Of a DNA stretch of 64,000 nucleotides, positions 1-9,100 are shown piece after piece. Each line of letters starts with the position of its first letter. The stretch's first letter is position 1. A program made the position numbers and the translations under genes. The notes under the pieces were generated by a model. That model was not told where the DNA came from and ran no database searches. It worked only from the letters and a program-made list of their open reading frames with translations. The DNA comes from a virus. Location: the IMG/VR virus record IMGVR_UViG_3300035703_000047, positions 1 to 64,000 of that record; one strand, 5' to 3'.

Positions 1-914
1 GCGGATCCACCTCGTATGCCATTTTGCGTGCAACATCTGACAGTTGCTTCAAACTTCTTGAGAAATGGTACAACACCCGTGTGTTGAACTTCTCCACCTC
101 TGATTTTGCTGTTGATGCCACGGATTCGACCAGCGTTGATGCCGATTCCCGCCCTCTGTGCAACGTATCTGCCAATAGCCATATCGCTACTAAAGATACT
201 ATCGAGGGTGTCATCAACGTCAACAAGCACACAGCTAGCAAATTGTCTAAGCGGAGTCCGCACTCCCGCCATGATTGGTGTTGGGATGTTGATTCTGTGT
301 TTGGAGATTGCATTATAGTACCTACGAACGTAGTCCAGTCTAGTCTCTTTTGGATATTCTGCAAAAATTGTTGCAGAAATCAACATGTACATATATTGTG
401 GTGTTTCATACAACTCACCACTACTTCTATCTTGCACGAGGTACTTATCAACGACTTGACGTAATCCCGCATAAGTGAATAAGAAGTCACGATCATGATC
501 GATCCAACTATTAATTTTGTCCCATTCTTCTTGAGAGTATCTGGAAGGAAGTTTTTTATCATATATTCCCTTTGAAGATCCCCCGACAAGGTGATTCAAA
601 ATATGAGGAAATCCTTGATTCCAAGAAGGACCAAAAACTTGTTTGTAGAGTCCAAACAAAAGAAGTCTTGCGGCAACAAATTGATAATTAGGAGATTCAA
701 GATCAATAAGATCAGAAGCAGAACGAATCAAAATCTCCTGAATTTCTGCTGTTGTAATTCCATCGTAAAATTGAATACCCGACTGCATTTCAACTTGAGA
801 TGCAGAAACTCCCGCAAGACCTTCAGTGGCACTCTCAACCATTTTATGAATTTTATCTAGGTTAAGATTTTCGGTATTTCCGTTTCTCTTTACAACTTTA
901 GTCCCGTTACTCAT
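1..914 (-). CDS. nrdA: Ribonucleotide reductase class Ia alpha subunit, N-terminal part (runs off the window)
   Basis: Manual translation from ATG at 914: MSNGTKVVKRNGNTENLNLDKIHKMV (ATP cone)...FTYAGLRQVVDKYLVQDRSSGELYETPQ; ATGA overlap with the primase stop. Confidence 0.95.
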   Translation of the reverse strand, partial: MSNGTKVVKRNGNTENLNLDKIHKMVESATEGLAGVSASQVEMQSGIQFYDGITTAEIQEILIRSASDLIDLESPNYQFVAARLLLFGLYKQVFGPSWNQGFPHILNHLVGGSSKGIYDKKLPSRYSQEEWDKINSWIDHDRDFLFTYAGLRQVVDKYLVQDRSSGELYETPQYMYMLISATIFAEYPKETRLDYVRRYYNAISKHRINIPTPIMAGVRTPLRQFASCVLVDVDDTLDSIFSSDMAIGRYVAQRAGIGINAGRIRGINSKIRGGEVQHTGVVPFLKKFEATVRCCTQNGIRGGS

Positions 915-1915
915 GTTTTCTTCCAACTAGTAAGTTTTGTTTTAGCTTGTAATCCACTATAGACATTTGATTCTATCACAGATTGAACATTAAGTCCAGA
1001 TAAAATCATATCATTGATGTCTTTTTGTTGTACTGTATCAGGCCAAATAACGATTGGAAATTTCCAATCTATCGCCTTTTCCATTCTATCAACAATTTGT
1101 TTATTACGTTTTTCGTTATCATAAATCATTACAAATTTTGTTTCAGAGTTTGAGACGAAAAACATTTTGTCTATATCTGCACCGACCATTGCAATAGAAT
1201 TGTCAATAAACATACTATCAAAAGGGCCTTCTACAATATAAACTGTTTTATTCCAGTCAACTTTATCCAAACCGTAGATCTTGGGGTGGTGGTCATCCAA
1301 AATAATTGTAATATACTTAAGTTTTGATTTTGGATTGAGCGATCTCCCCTGAAACCCAAATATTTCTCCGTTATTCTTTAAGGGAATGATGATCCTTGGT
1401 TCATCATTATCTAGATTTTCAAATGTATATTTTTGAATATTGGTCCATTTTTTGAACCTTTCGGCGAAATAAAGTTCGCCCAGATATTTACTCGGGATTC
1501 TTCGATTGTCTAAAAATTTTCTGGCTGGGTGTGTTGTATTTAGTTCTGAAATTTTTGGTAGGTCAAAATCTTTTTTTGAGAAATCTGGCTTTTCAAACTT
1601 AAATTGAACTGGTTCTGGTGTATTGGATCCCCGCCCCGTGGCACCCGTTTTATACCTCTCAAAGACGTACTGATCGTGTAGAGCAGGGTCAGTATCCTTA
1701 AGAAAGTTTGTGAAGGTTCTAGAGACGCCACAATTATGACATTTGAAATTATGGTCATTCTTCAACCGGTAAAGATATCCCCTAGCCTTATTTTTATGTC
1801 TTTCGGAATCCCCACAATATGGGCAACGAAAATTATATAAACCTTCTTTCTTTTTTGCAAACTTTTGAAGTCTTACTGAAACTAGTCCAATATACTTAGA
1901 ATCAATGAGGCTCAT
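911..1915 (-). CDS. gp61: DNA primase (T4 gp61-like)
   Basis: Zn finger CPYCGDS...CHNC, TOPRIM motif VEGPFDS and YDNE. Confidence 0.95.
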   Translation of the reverse strand: MSLIDSKYIGLVSVRLQKFAKKKEGLYNFRCPYCGDSERHKNKARGYLYRLKNDHNFKCHNCGVSRTFTNFLKDTDPALHDQYVFERYKTGATGRGSNTPEPVQFKFEKPDFSKKDFDLPKISELNTTHPARKFLDNRRIPSKYLGELYFAERFKKWTNIQKYTFENLDNDEPRIIIPLKNNGEIFGFQGRSLNPKSKLKYITIILDDHHPKIYGLDKVDWNKTVYIVEGPFDSMFIDNSIAMVGADIDKMFFVSNSETKFVMIYDNEKRNKQIVDRMEKAIDWKFPIVIWPDTVQQKDINDMILSGLNVQSVIESNVYSGLQAKTKLTSWKKT

Positions 1916-2340
1916 TTAGAAAGTGTTGTATTAGCTCCACCTACTATACCACCACCATTTCCTGTTGTCAACAGGTTTCCAAAAAATCCTGCAGAACTAA
2001 TAATAACTGCAGCAGTTGTAGCAATGCCAACAGTCATCCACCTAAAAGTCGCAAGATCATTAACTCTTGTCTCCACGGTCTCAATTCTTTTGATAACAGC
2101 TTGATGTTCTTTACTATTAGAACTTTTCATTTCTTCCATCATTTTAAGAAGTAGTTCATCAGCACGTTCAGACTGATCTAACTTTTCTTCATGTCTAGCA
2201 AGAACTTGAGCGATCTGGTTATTTCCTTCTGAAATTTTATCTACAGCTCTTTCAAGTTTGTCAAGCATCTCTTTGGAGAGATCTTCATAAATTCCAAGTT
2301 TTGATTCTAAAACTGCTAATTTTTGAAGACCGAAGGCCAT
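1912..2340 (-). CDS. Coiled-coil protein with a C-terminal transmembrane helix
   Basis: Heptad-rich N-terminus, hydrophobic WMTVGIATTAAVIISSAGFF; overlaps primase start. Confidence 0.75.
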   Translation of the reverse strand: MAFGLQKLAVLESKLGIYEDLSKEMLDKLERAVDKISEGNNQIAQVLARHEEKLDQSERADELLLKMMEEMKSSNSKEHQAVIKRIETVETRVNDLATFRWMTVGIATTAAVIISSAGFFGNLLTTGNGGGIVGGANTTLSK

Positions 2341-2341
2341 T

Positions 2342-2575
2342 TTACTTGTCCTTTTTCTTTTTCTTTTTATGCTTTCTTAGGAATTTACTATATTCTTTTG
2401 GTAGTCTTTTCATTAATCTAGATCTTCCATCCGGAGTTCCAATGATAGGATCAAATCCAGCAACAGGACCCTTTGGATCTGCAGAACCAGTAAATCCGCC
2501 GGTGCCTACAACCATACCTTCTTCCATTAAGTTACGAATAATATGAATTGCATTTTGAAGAATATGATCTTTCAT
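2342..2575 (-). CDS. Small hypothetical protein with a basic tail
   Basis: Tightly packed ORF; GFTGSADPKGPVAGFDP resembles the gp23 N-terminal segment. Confidence 0.7.
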   Translation of the reverse strand: MKDHILQNAIHIIRNLMEEGMVVGTGGFTGSADPKGPVAGFDPIIGTPDGRSRLMKRLPKEYSKFLRKHKKKKKKDK

Positions 2576-2943
2576 AGTTTACTTAAATCTTGCAAACAAT
2601 TATTATCCATAGGTATATCATGTAGAGCAGACCTTGGATATTCCGGAAGTCTACCCAAATAAACAACGAATGTTTTAACTACTGGCCACAACTCACGATC
2701 AATTTTAAAAAAAAGCAATGGTGTTGCGGCATCTCCAAATACATTATAAAGAATAATAAAATGATTTATGAGTAAATGAGATTTTAAAATTCCAGTACTT
2801 TGATACCTTTTTAAAAGTCTTTTTATCCACTTAAATCTTTTAAGATCCTCATAAAAATCCTCTTGCGTTACAGCATGAGGATTTTCGTAATGTTTGATTG
2901 CAAACATTATATAATTGTCTTCGTTCAATTCATCAAATCTCAT
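2572..2943 (-). CDS. Conserved T4-like hypothetical protein
   Basis: MRFDELNEDNYIMFAIKHYENP...LLINHFIILYNVFG pattern typical of T4-like phages. Confidence 0.8.
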   Translation of the reverse strand: MRFDELNEDNYIMFAIKHYENPHAVTQEDFYEDLKRFKWIKRLLKRYQSTGILKSHLLINHFIILYNVFGDAATPLLFFKIDRELWPVVKTFVVYLGRLPEYPRSALHDIPMDNNCLQDLSKL

Positions 2944-2955
2944 ACCGTATTAAAG

Positions 2956-3519
2956 TCAACCAGTGGTAACGCCAACAGTAGTTGTAATTCCACTACCACC
3001 AGCACCCGTTACTTCAGTAGAAACAAAGATCTTATCAGAAGCAACAGATGTTGAAGTATCAGTAATAATGCCAGCGATTGTTTGTCCAGGAATTACAAGA
3101 GTTTGTGCAGCAGCAGGAGTTGTGAATGCAAATCCAACTGTCTTATTTGCAGTAGTTGTAGTTGCATAAGCAACTAAAGTACCAGCAATAGAAGCGGTTA
3201 CATTAAGAGTAGCAGCAAGATTCTTAACATCTACTTTTTCATTATACTGAACATAAACTGTTCCAGTAGAAGATGTTGAATAACCAGTTGCACCAAAGTA
3301 TACACGAACGATAGTCGCATTACCAAGTCCAGTATCTGTAGTTGCGTATCCTGACAATCCACCAATCGAAACGAGAACCTCTTCGTTACCATCTGCATGT
3401 CTGATTACCCAACCTCTTTCATCAGCAAAACACTCATTAAGATCGTTAGCTGGTTTATCACCCTCGCGTAACCACTTAGGTCTTGATTCGTCTGAAGTAG
3501 AATTTCCCCAAAGAGGCAT
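2956..3519 (-). CDS. Probable virion structural protein
   Basis: MPLWG N-terminus, Thr/Gly-rich beta-type composition, late promoter upstream. Confidence 0.7.
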   Translation of the reverse strand: MPLWGNSTSDESRPKWLREGDKPANDLNECFADERGWVIRHADGNEEVLVSIGGLSGYATTDTGLGNATIVRVYFGATGYSTSSTGTVYVQYNEKVDVKNLAATLNVTASIAGTLVAYATTTTANKTVGFAFTTPAAAQTLVIPGQTIAGIITDTSTSVASDKIFVSTEVTGAGGSGITTTVGVTTG

Positions 3520-3553
3520 TGGTTTTCTCCAAATTATGTTCTTATCTAAATCT

Positions 3554-3590
3554 TATTTATAAAAAAATAGACCCTAGTTTTTAGGGCCTT
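3554..3590 (-). terminator. Intrinsic terminator followed directly by late promoter TAAATA (3554-3559)
   Basis: Minus strand AGGCCCTA-AAAAC-TAGGGTCT-ATTTTTTT then ATAAATA. Confidence 0.7.
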
Positions 3591-3738
3591 TGTTCAAAAC
3601 GGTCCTCAAAAACAAAGATAAAAAGTCAAGAATACCGTTCGCTTCTGTCCTTTTAGTTTTTGACAACCACTCCGATAGAGAGAGGAGTAATCCTAGAAGA
3701 ATGGTTACTCCCCAGTTGGTTACGAAACAAGTAATCAT
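3574..3738 (-). CDS. 54-aa membrane protein (below ORF-track cutoff), possibly holin-like
   Basis: MITCFVTNWGVTILLGLLLSLSEWLSKTKRTEANGILDFLSLFL...; ATGA overlap with the upstream ORF. Confidence 0.65.
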   Translation of the reverse strand: MITCFVTNWGVTILLGLLLSLSEWLSKTKRTEANGILDFLSLFLRTVLNKGPKN

Positions 3739-3917
3739 GCTTTAGGCTCTTCTGGTTTAAAGAGAAGTACTTTAACAGTTTCAAGAATTTGATCATCAAT
3801 ACTATTATCTGTGGACTTCACATACTTCTCAAGAAGAGAAATAACGAGATTCTTGACTGCTGGATGTGTAGCAATCTGAAGAAGAATTGGTTTTACTACA
3901 ACGACAACTGCTCCCAT
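3735..3917 (-). CDS. Small hypothetical protein
   Basis: GAGG SD, late promoter at 3943-3948, LLEKYVKSTDNSIDD motif. Confidence 0.7.
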   Translation of the reverse strand: MGAVVVVVKPILLQIATHPAVKNLVISLLEKYVKSTDNSIDDQILETVKVLLFKPEEPKA

Positions 3918-3945
3918 GATAACCTCTGTGTATAGGCAGCCGTAT

Positions 3946-4359
3946 TTATGATTTCCTTCTACTTAAAAGTTCATTAAAATCTTTTTTCTTCGTTCCGCCA
4001 TCATATTCCCAAGCATATCCTTCAGTAACCATTTGGTTATTAATGGATACTTCTTCGCCATTGATAAACAGATGACCGATGATACGACCATATTTTTCGG
4101 TACTATCTGGCAACTCCGTCTTGATTAAAATATCTTTAGCAAATTCTAATCTGTGCTTGAGCCAATCTTTAACTTCAATACCAAGTTTTTTTTCATAAGC
4201 ATCAGTTGTTCTGCTCTCTGGGGTATCGATACCAGCAAGACGAATTCGCTTAGTAAGGGAGATATCAAAACCCAAATCAATGTCAGCGTCAATAGTGTCG
4301 CCATCTACTACCTTGTGTACTGAACGTATTCTATAGACGTAAGGATCTTTGTCAGCCAT
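3946..4359 (-). CDS. Thermonuclease (SNase-like) family nuclease
   Basis: VVDGDT, RIRLAGIDTPE, KYGRIIG, MVTEGYA motifs. Confidence 0.9.
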   Translation of the reverse strand: MADKDPYVYRIRSVHKVVDGDTIDADIDLGFDISLTKRIRLAGIDTPESRTTDAYEKKLGIEVKDWLKHRLEFAKDILIKTELPDSTEKYGRIIGHLFINGEEVSINNQMVTEGYAWEYDGGTKKKDFNELLSRRKS

Positions 4360-4571
4360 TAGAAAGGAAACTTAATACTCCCAGTATTTAGTTTAGGAAT
4401 AGGTAGTTTTTCAAAAGCCTTATTGACTTGATTCTCAACAACCTTTCCAACAAACTCTTCTGGGTTGTCTAGAATCTTCTGTGCTTTTTGATAGGTGATA
4501 TATGCACCTACACCAATCGCAGCACTAATGCTCAGACTTGTGATTGATAGAATCAGACTCAGGTGTTTCAT
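4359..4571 (-). CDS. Small protein with an N-terminal membrane anchor
   Basis: Hydrophobic N-terminus; coupled to the nuclease start. Confidence 0.7.
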   Translation of the reverse strand: MKHLSLILSITSLSISAAIGVGAYITYQKAQKILDNPEEFVGKVVENQVNKAFEKLPIPKLNTGSIKFPF

Positions 4572-4677
4572 CTTTCATTTCCTCAAATGCTAACCTTATT
4601 ATGTAGTAGATTACATAAGCAGTAAAAGCTAAACCGCAACCAAGTATAATTGCAACTCCCCAAGGAAACTCACTCAT
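4525..4677 (-). CDS. 50-aa single-TM protein (below ORF-track cutoff)
   Basis: MSEFPWGVAIILGCGLAFTAYVIYYIIRLAFEEMKDE...; ATGA overlap with the upstream ORF stop. Confidence 0.55.
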   Translation of the reverse strand: MSEFPWGVAIILGCGLAFTAYVIYYIIRLAFEEMKDETPESDSINHKSEH

Positions 4678-5414
4678 AACTCGTTCTTAATTAACAACAT
4701 ATCAAAAGCAGCAGTGTATCTACCGTTGTTGCTTCTACTTGTAAGTCTTATATCAATATCCGAATGTTCTGGAATTTGAATTGGAAATGCAAATTTATAA
4801 AAATATTCTCCACCACCTCCACTGACTTCAAAAGTATGCCCGACTCTAAATGCAGTTCCAGTGCTGTTATATCTAACATACATATATCCAGTGGCATCTG
4901 CGGATGCTTGAGCAGTGCAAACTCCCTGATACAAATAACCAGTATAACCATTAGGAACAGTATAAACAGTCATTAGAGTTTGTCCAAGTCCTGCAAGAAT
5001 TCTAAGAACTTCTGTTCCACCTCTAGAAAAATTGAGTTGACCTATATTAGTATCACCAGTTTTTACAAATCCCCTAAAAACTCTTTTGAAAGTTTTGGTT
5101 CCAGTGACTGTTCCTGCACTTGATAATGTAAAGTCTTCTTCAATAATATCCCAATTTGAATCAAGACCAATAATAGTTACTACTTTTCCATTATCATCTG
5201 CACCAACTTGTGCCGCTACAAGAACTCCAGGAGCATTAAAAGCACTCCAAGGATATAAAGTATCTGATTTATCCCAAACAGTTGCCGTAACATTAGTTGA
5301 CTGTGTTGGAGTAGCACCAAACTTATGAAGTGTTGATGCCCCACGAACTTTTCCACGAGCAACATTCAAATCAAATTGTTCATCCCAAATATAATTTTTA
5401 AATGCCATAATCAA
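4674..5414 (-). CDS. Hypothetical beta-rich protein, probably virion-associated
   Basis: Long ORF in the late block, Gly/Thr-rich. Confidence 0.7.
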   Translation of the reverse strand: MIMAFKNYIWDEQFDLNVARGKVRGASTLHKFGATPTQSTNVTATVWDKSDTLYPWSAFNAPGVLVAAQVGADDNGKVVTIIGLDSNWDIIEEDFTLSSAGTVTGTKTFKRVFRGFVKTGDTNIGQLNFSRGGTEVLRILAGLGQTLMTVYTVPNGYTGYLYQGVCTAQASADATGYMYVRYNSTGTAFRVGHTFEVSGGGGEYFYKFAFPIQIPEHSDIDIRLTSRSNNGRYTAAFDMLLIKNEL

Positions 5415-5725
5415 TCAATCCATTCTAACTTTGATGGGTGATATCTCTGTGCGTTTTTAACTTTTACTGAACTTGTTGAGTTTGGATAAACATTATGCAC
5501 AATTGCACCTGGATATTCATCTTGCAGTTGTTCTGCAAGTTCATTTTTATCCATAATTTTACCTTCAACTTCCATACGATAAATCTTACCCTGCCAAACT
5601 ACATCAGCAAGAAAAGATTCTTTGACTGGTTCTGATTGTGTTTCTGAGCCATTGATATAGAGATTTCCGTTGAAATCTCCAGCAATGTTGATGGCTTCTG
5701 ATAAAAATTGATTAAAGGATTTCAT
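5411..5725 (-). CDS. Putative internal head protein with a CTS-like leader (MKSFNQFLSE)
   Basis: Start at ATG 5725 overlapping the upstream TAA; W-x-G...YPGA domain also found in the 547-aa protein. Confidence 0.7.
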   Translation of the reverse strand: MKSFNQFLSEAINIAGDFNGNLYINGSETQSEPVKESFLADVVWQGKIYRMEVEGKIMDKNELAEQLQDEYPGAIVHNVYPNSTSSVKVKNAQRYHPSKLEWID

Positions 5726-6144
5726 TAGCATCCGTACCTATAAAGATATTTATGCAATAAGAGTGCATATTCACTACTATCATCCATATTTCCGAGAGCA
5801 AGATTGCATTTATGACACAGTAAACTTCTAACTTTACCCGTTTTGTGATTATGATCTACAACAGGTCTTTCTTTATAGTTTCCCTTATCTTTCAATTCTT
5901 TACCACAACAATCACATTTGGAACATTGTTCATTTAACATTTTTTTATAAAAGTCAGAATTTATTCCATATTTACTTATCAAATTGTATGTTCTCGTGTG
6001 TTCTAACATACAATTTCTACAAGCATAGGATAATCCTGTTGTTTGTTTTTTATTCTTAGTAAAAGATTCTGGAGGCAACCACTCTTTACACTTAGAACAA
6101 CAATATTCACCTTTATTATTTGGTTTTTTAGAATCACGAGCCAT
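5725..6144 (-). mobile_element. Free-standing endonuclease VII-type HNH homing endonuclease gene
   Basis: N-terminal CSKC...CRNC, KYGI, CDCC, VDHNHKTGKVRSLLCHKCNLALG. Confidence 0.85.
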
Positions 6145-6186
6145 AAATTGATTAGCAGTTATTGTTATTTATTTGCTAATCAATTT
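6145..6186 (-). promoter_or_regulatory. 13-bp hairpin abutting the endonuclease ATG, with a late promoter in its loop
   Basis: AAATTGATTAGCA (6145-6157) / TGCTAATCAATTT (6174-6186); TAAATA at 6166-6171. Confidence 0.8.
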
Positions 6187-6190
6187 TAAC

Positions 6191-9100
6191 TTAACAATTC
6201 CAGGCTCTCAAACTTTTGTTAATTCTGGAATCAGGATCGTTAGCAGTTTTAGCAGAAGTAAGTTTCTCCTTCATGCCTTTCATTCTTGAACAAAATGATG
6301 CACGACGAGGATTACCAACTTTCTTTGAAGGTGCCTTCAAATCAGAACCAGGATTCTCGCGTTCGTAGGACTTACGGCCTTTTTCGTTTAATCCGCCTGA
6401 CTCAGACTTTCCCTCTTTCTTTGTCCATGCAGCAGACTCACCAAGTTTGGAAGCACGTCGTTTTGCCTTGTTTCCAGAACCTCTATCTCTGTTTTTACCC
6501 ACAACACTTGCCCAGTAATCTTTATTTTTTCTATTTGCTTCACCACCAATACTGCGTTCATCTTCTGGAGCACTTATTCCACCACGCTTTCTCACTGGTG
6601 GTTCTTCCTTTTGACGCCTTCTTTGTTTTTTGAAGTCATCCATGGTCATACCCTCTTCAATTTCAGTTTCTTCTTTAGAAACTACCATCATCATAGGATT
6701 TCTAGATCCCATTAATCTTGCCTTGGTTTTTACAAGATTAACTTTAGTTGGAAGATCTCTCATATCTTTTTTAGGGGTTTCTTCCTTCTCTTTTTCATCG
6801 CATCCACAACCCTCACTCATATTCGGATTAATCTCAATTTTATTTTTCTTTTTTGTCACATCAATAATTTTTTGTTGTGGTTCTTTGATTGATTGATCGT
6901 CAACTTCAAAAATAAATTCTTCTCTCCAATTGGAATACTCTTCCATTCTTGACTTAATAAGTGAAGATTTCAATGCTGGATTTCTTCTAGCTCTTTGACC
7001 TAGACTCATTCCAGTTTCTCTTTTGGGTTTACCAGTTTCACCTGCAGCAGGAAGTCTTTTTGTAGATGGAACTAGTTTCTTTCTCTCTGGACTTACAGGT
7101 AACTTTTTCCTTTCTGGAGTACCAGATAATTTTTTAGGAGTTGTGTCGGTCTTTTTTTCATCACTTTTTATAGAAACTCTCTCTGCAGATGTAGTTTCTG
7201 GTTTAGATTCAGATTTTACTGGTTCCTTCTTTTCGGATTTAGGAGGTTCAGATCCCTTCTCACCTTTTTTTTCTGTTGCTTTTTTATAAGCATACTTACC
7301 AAGAGCAACTCCAGTTTTAGCAACTGCTGAAACCAAATTTCCAACATTACTTACACCTGCAGATACTGCTTCAGTATCTTTTTTATCCCCAGCAACTTTT
7401 ATAGGTTTACTCCAAGCAGACTTAATATCCCCTTTCAGTTCAGATCTTCTTTTTTTCCTAGACTGTTCCCTTTCTTTTATCTGACTAATTTTTTCCTTTT
7501 CCTTTCTCTCCAATTCTTTTTGTCTTTCTTTAGATTTACTTTGTTTTGCCTTTTCTTCCTCTTTTGATTTTCTGGTTTCCTCCTTTTTTCTTTCCTGTTC
7601 GGATTTCTTTTGTTCCCTCTCTTTTTTACTCTTCTCAGTATAACTGAGTCTTTCGCGTTGTCTTTCAGTTCTAGCAGCTTCTTTTTCCTTTTCAGCCTCT
7701 CTTGCAATTCTTGCAGCCTTTACTCTACCAGCAGCAGAAGTTCTTGCAGCTCTTTCAGTTGCAGTGTTTCTGGTCTTTACTTCGTCTTTTGCTTTTTCTT
7801 TTTTTGTCTTCTCTTTATCTTCCTTTGGAGTTTCTTTTTCCTTGACTTCATCTCTCATCATCTTATTAGCTTTAGTAGCTACTTTAGCTTGATGAAGTCT
7901 ATCTTGCTGCTTTTTTGAGCGTTCTTCTCTCCTGGCTTTTGCAGCCATAAGTTGTGCATCAGAAACTTCTAGAAGAATTCTATCTACTAAACACAACTCC
8001 TCTTTAGTATCTTCTTTCTTTTCAGGAAGTCCTTCATGTTTTGTCTTTGCAAAATCTCTTGCAGCTTTCTTAGACATGCCAGATGCAGCCTTTGCAACTT
8101 CGGGAGATGCGGGAGTCCCACCTTTCTTCGCGGCATAAACCATACCCATAAATCTTTGTTGTGCTCTACTTAGAGACTTTTCTTCAAGATATCCTTCACC
8201 CATTGCTTTTTGCTTGCGGAGTTTCTTGGGATTCTTCGTCTTATCTGCTGAGTAGTTACTATCATCACCCTCAGGGTCCATAGAACTGCGATGTCTTGTT
8301 CTTCTTTCTTCATCATCCAGTTTTGCACGGTTGGACTTTGCCTCATCTGGAGAATATGTTCTACCACTGTTGTACCATTCTTTACCTACATGACCTCTCT
8401 TCTTAGCATCGGCAGAGGCTTCTCTACGCTTGAGTTTTCTGCGGTTTGCTTTGAAGTCCTTCATGGACATTCCTTCATCAAGATCGTTTTCCTCTTTCTG
8501 AACACGAAACTTTCCACCAGTTTCCTTATGAGTATCAGAAAGTTCATCAGCTCTATCATGAGCATACTTTCTACTCTTTACTGGTTTGCCAATTTTCTTT
8601 TCTTTCTTACCATCGTGAGAACCATATACCTGATATGGCATTTCCTCAATGTATTCCTCTTTAGTTACAAGTCCAATCGGATTTTTATTTTTCTTTGTAA
8701 TTTTATCATGAGCTTTAATAGAAATCTCTTGATAATCTGCATAAGTTTTACCTGCAGATGGACCTTCTCTACCAGGACTTTTTGCAGCCTTACCACCTTT
8801 TTCTTTTCTTTCCTCAGCTCTTTCTCTTGCAGCAACCTTTCTCATCTCACGACGATACTCTTTATCCTCTTCAACCATTTCACCTTCTGGTTCAAAGTGA
8901 GCAACCTGAGTGGTTTTTACACTTGGTTTAGAAGCTCCCTTAAATGCTGGAAATCCACCCGGATATGATTTGAGAACAGGACTATCAAGTTTTTTTCTAG
9001 TCTTATTCAAAACATCATCATCTCCATGGTATCCTTGTCTTTGATCCCCTACTACTCTTCTCGCTCTATCACCAATATCACTCTCGTCAATCTGTTCGAC

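Noticed and set aside
7460-7850. Long pyrimidine-rich tract on the plus strand
   Set aside because: Consequence of Lys/Glu/Arg codons in a charged helical segment of the 1110-aa protein
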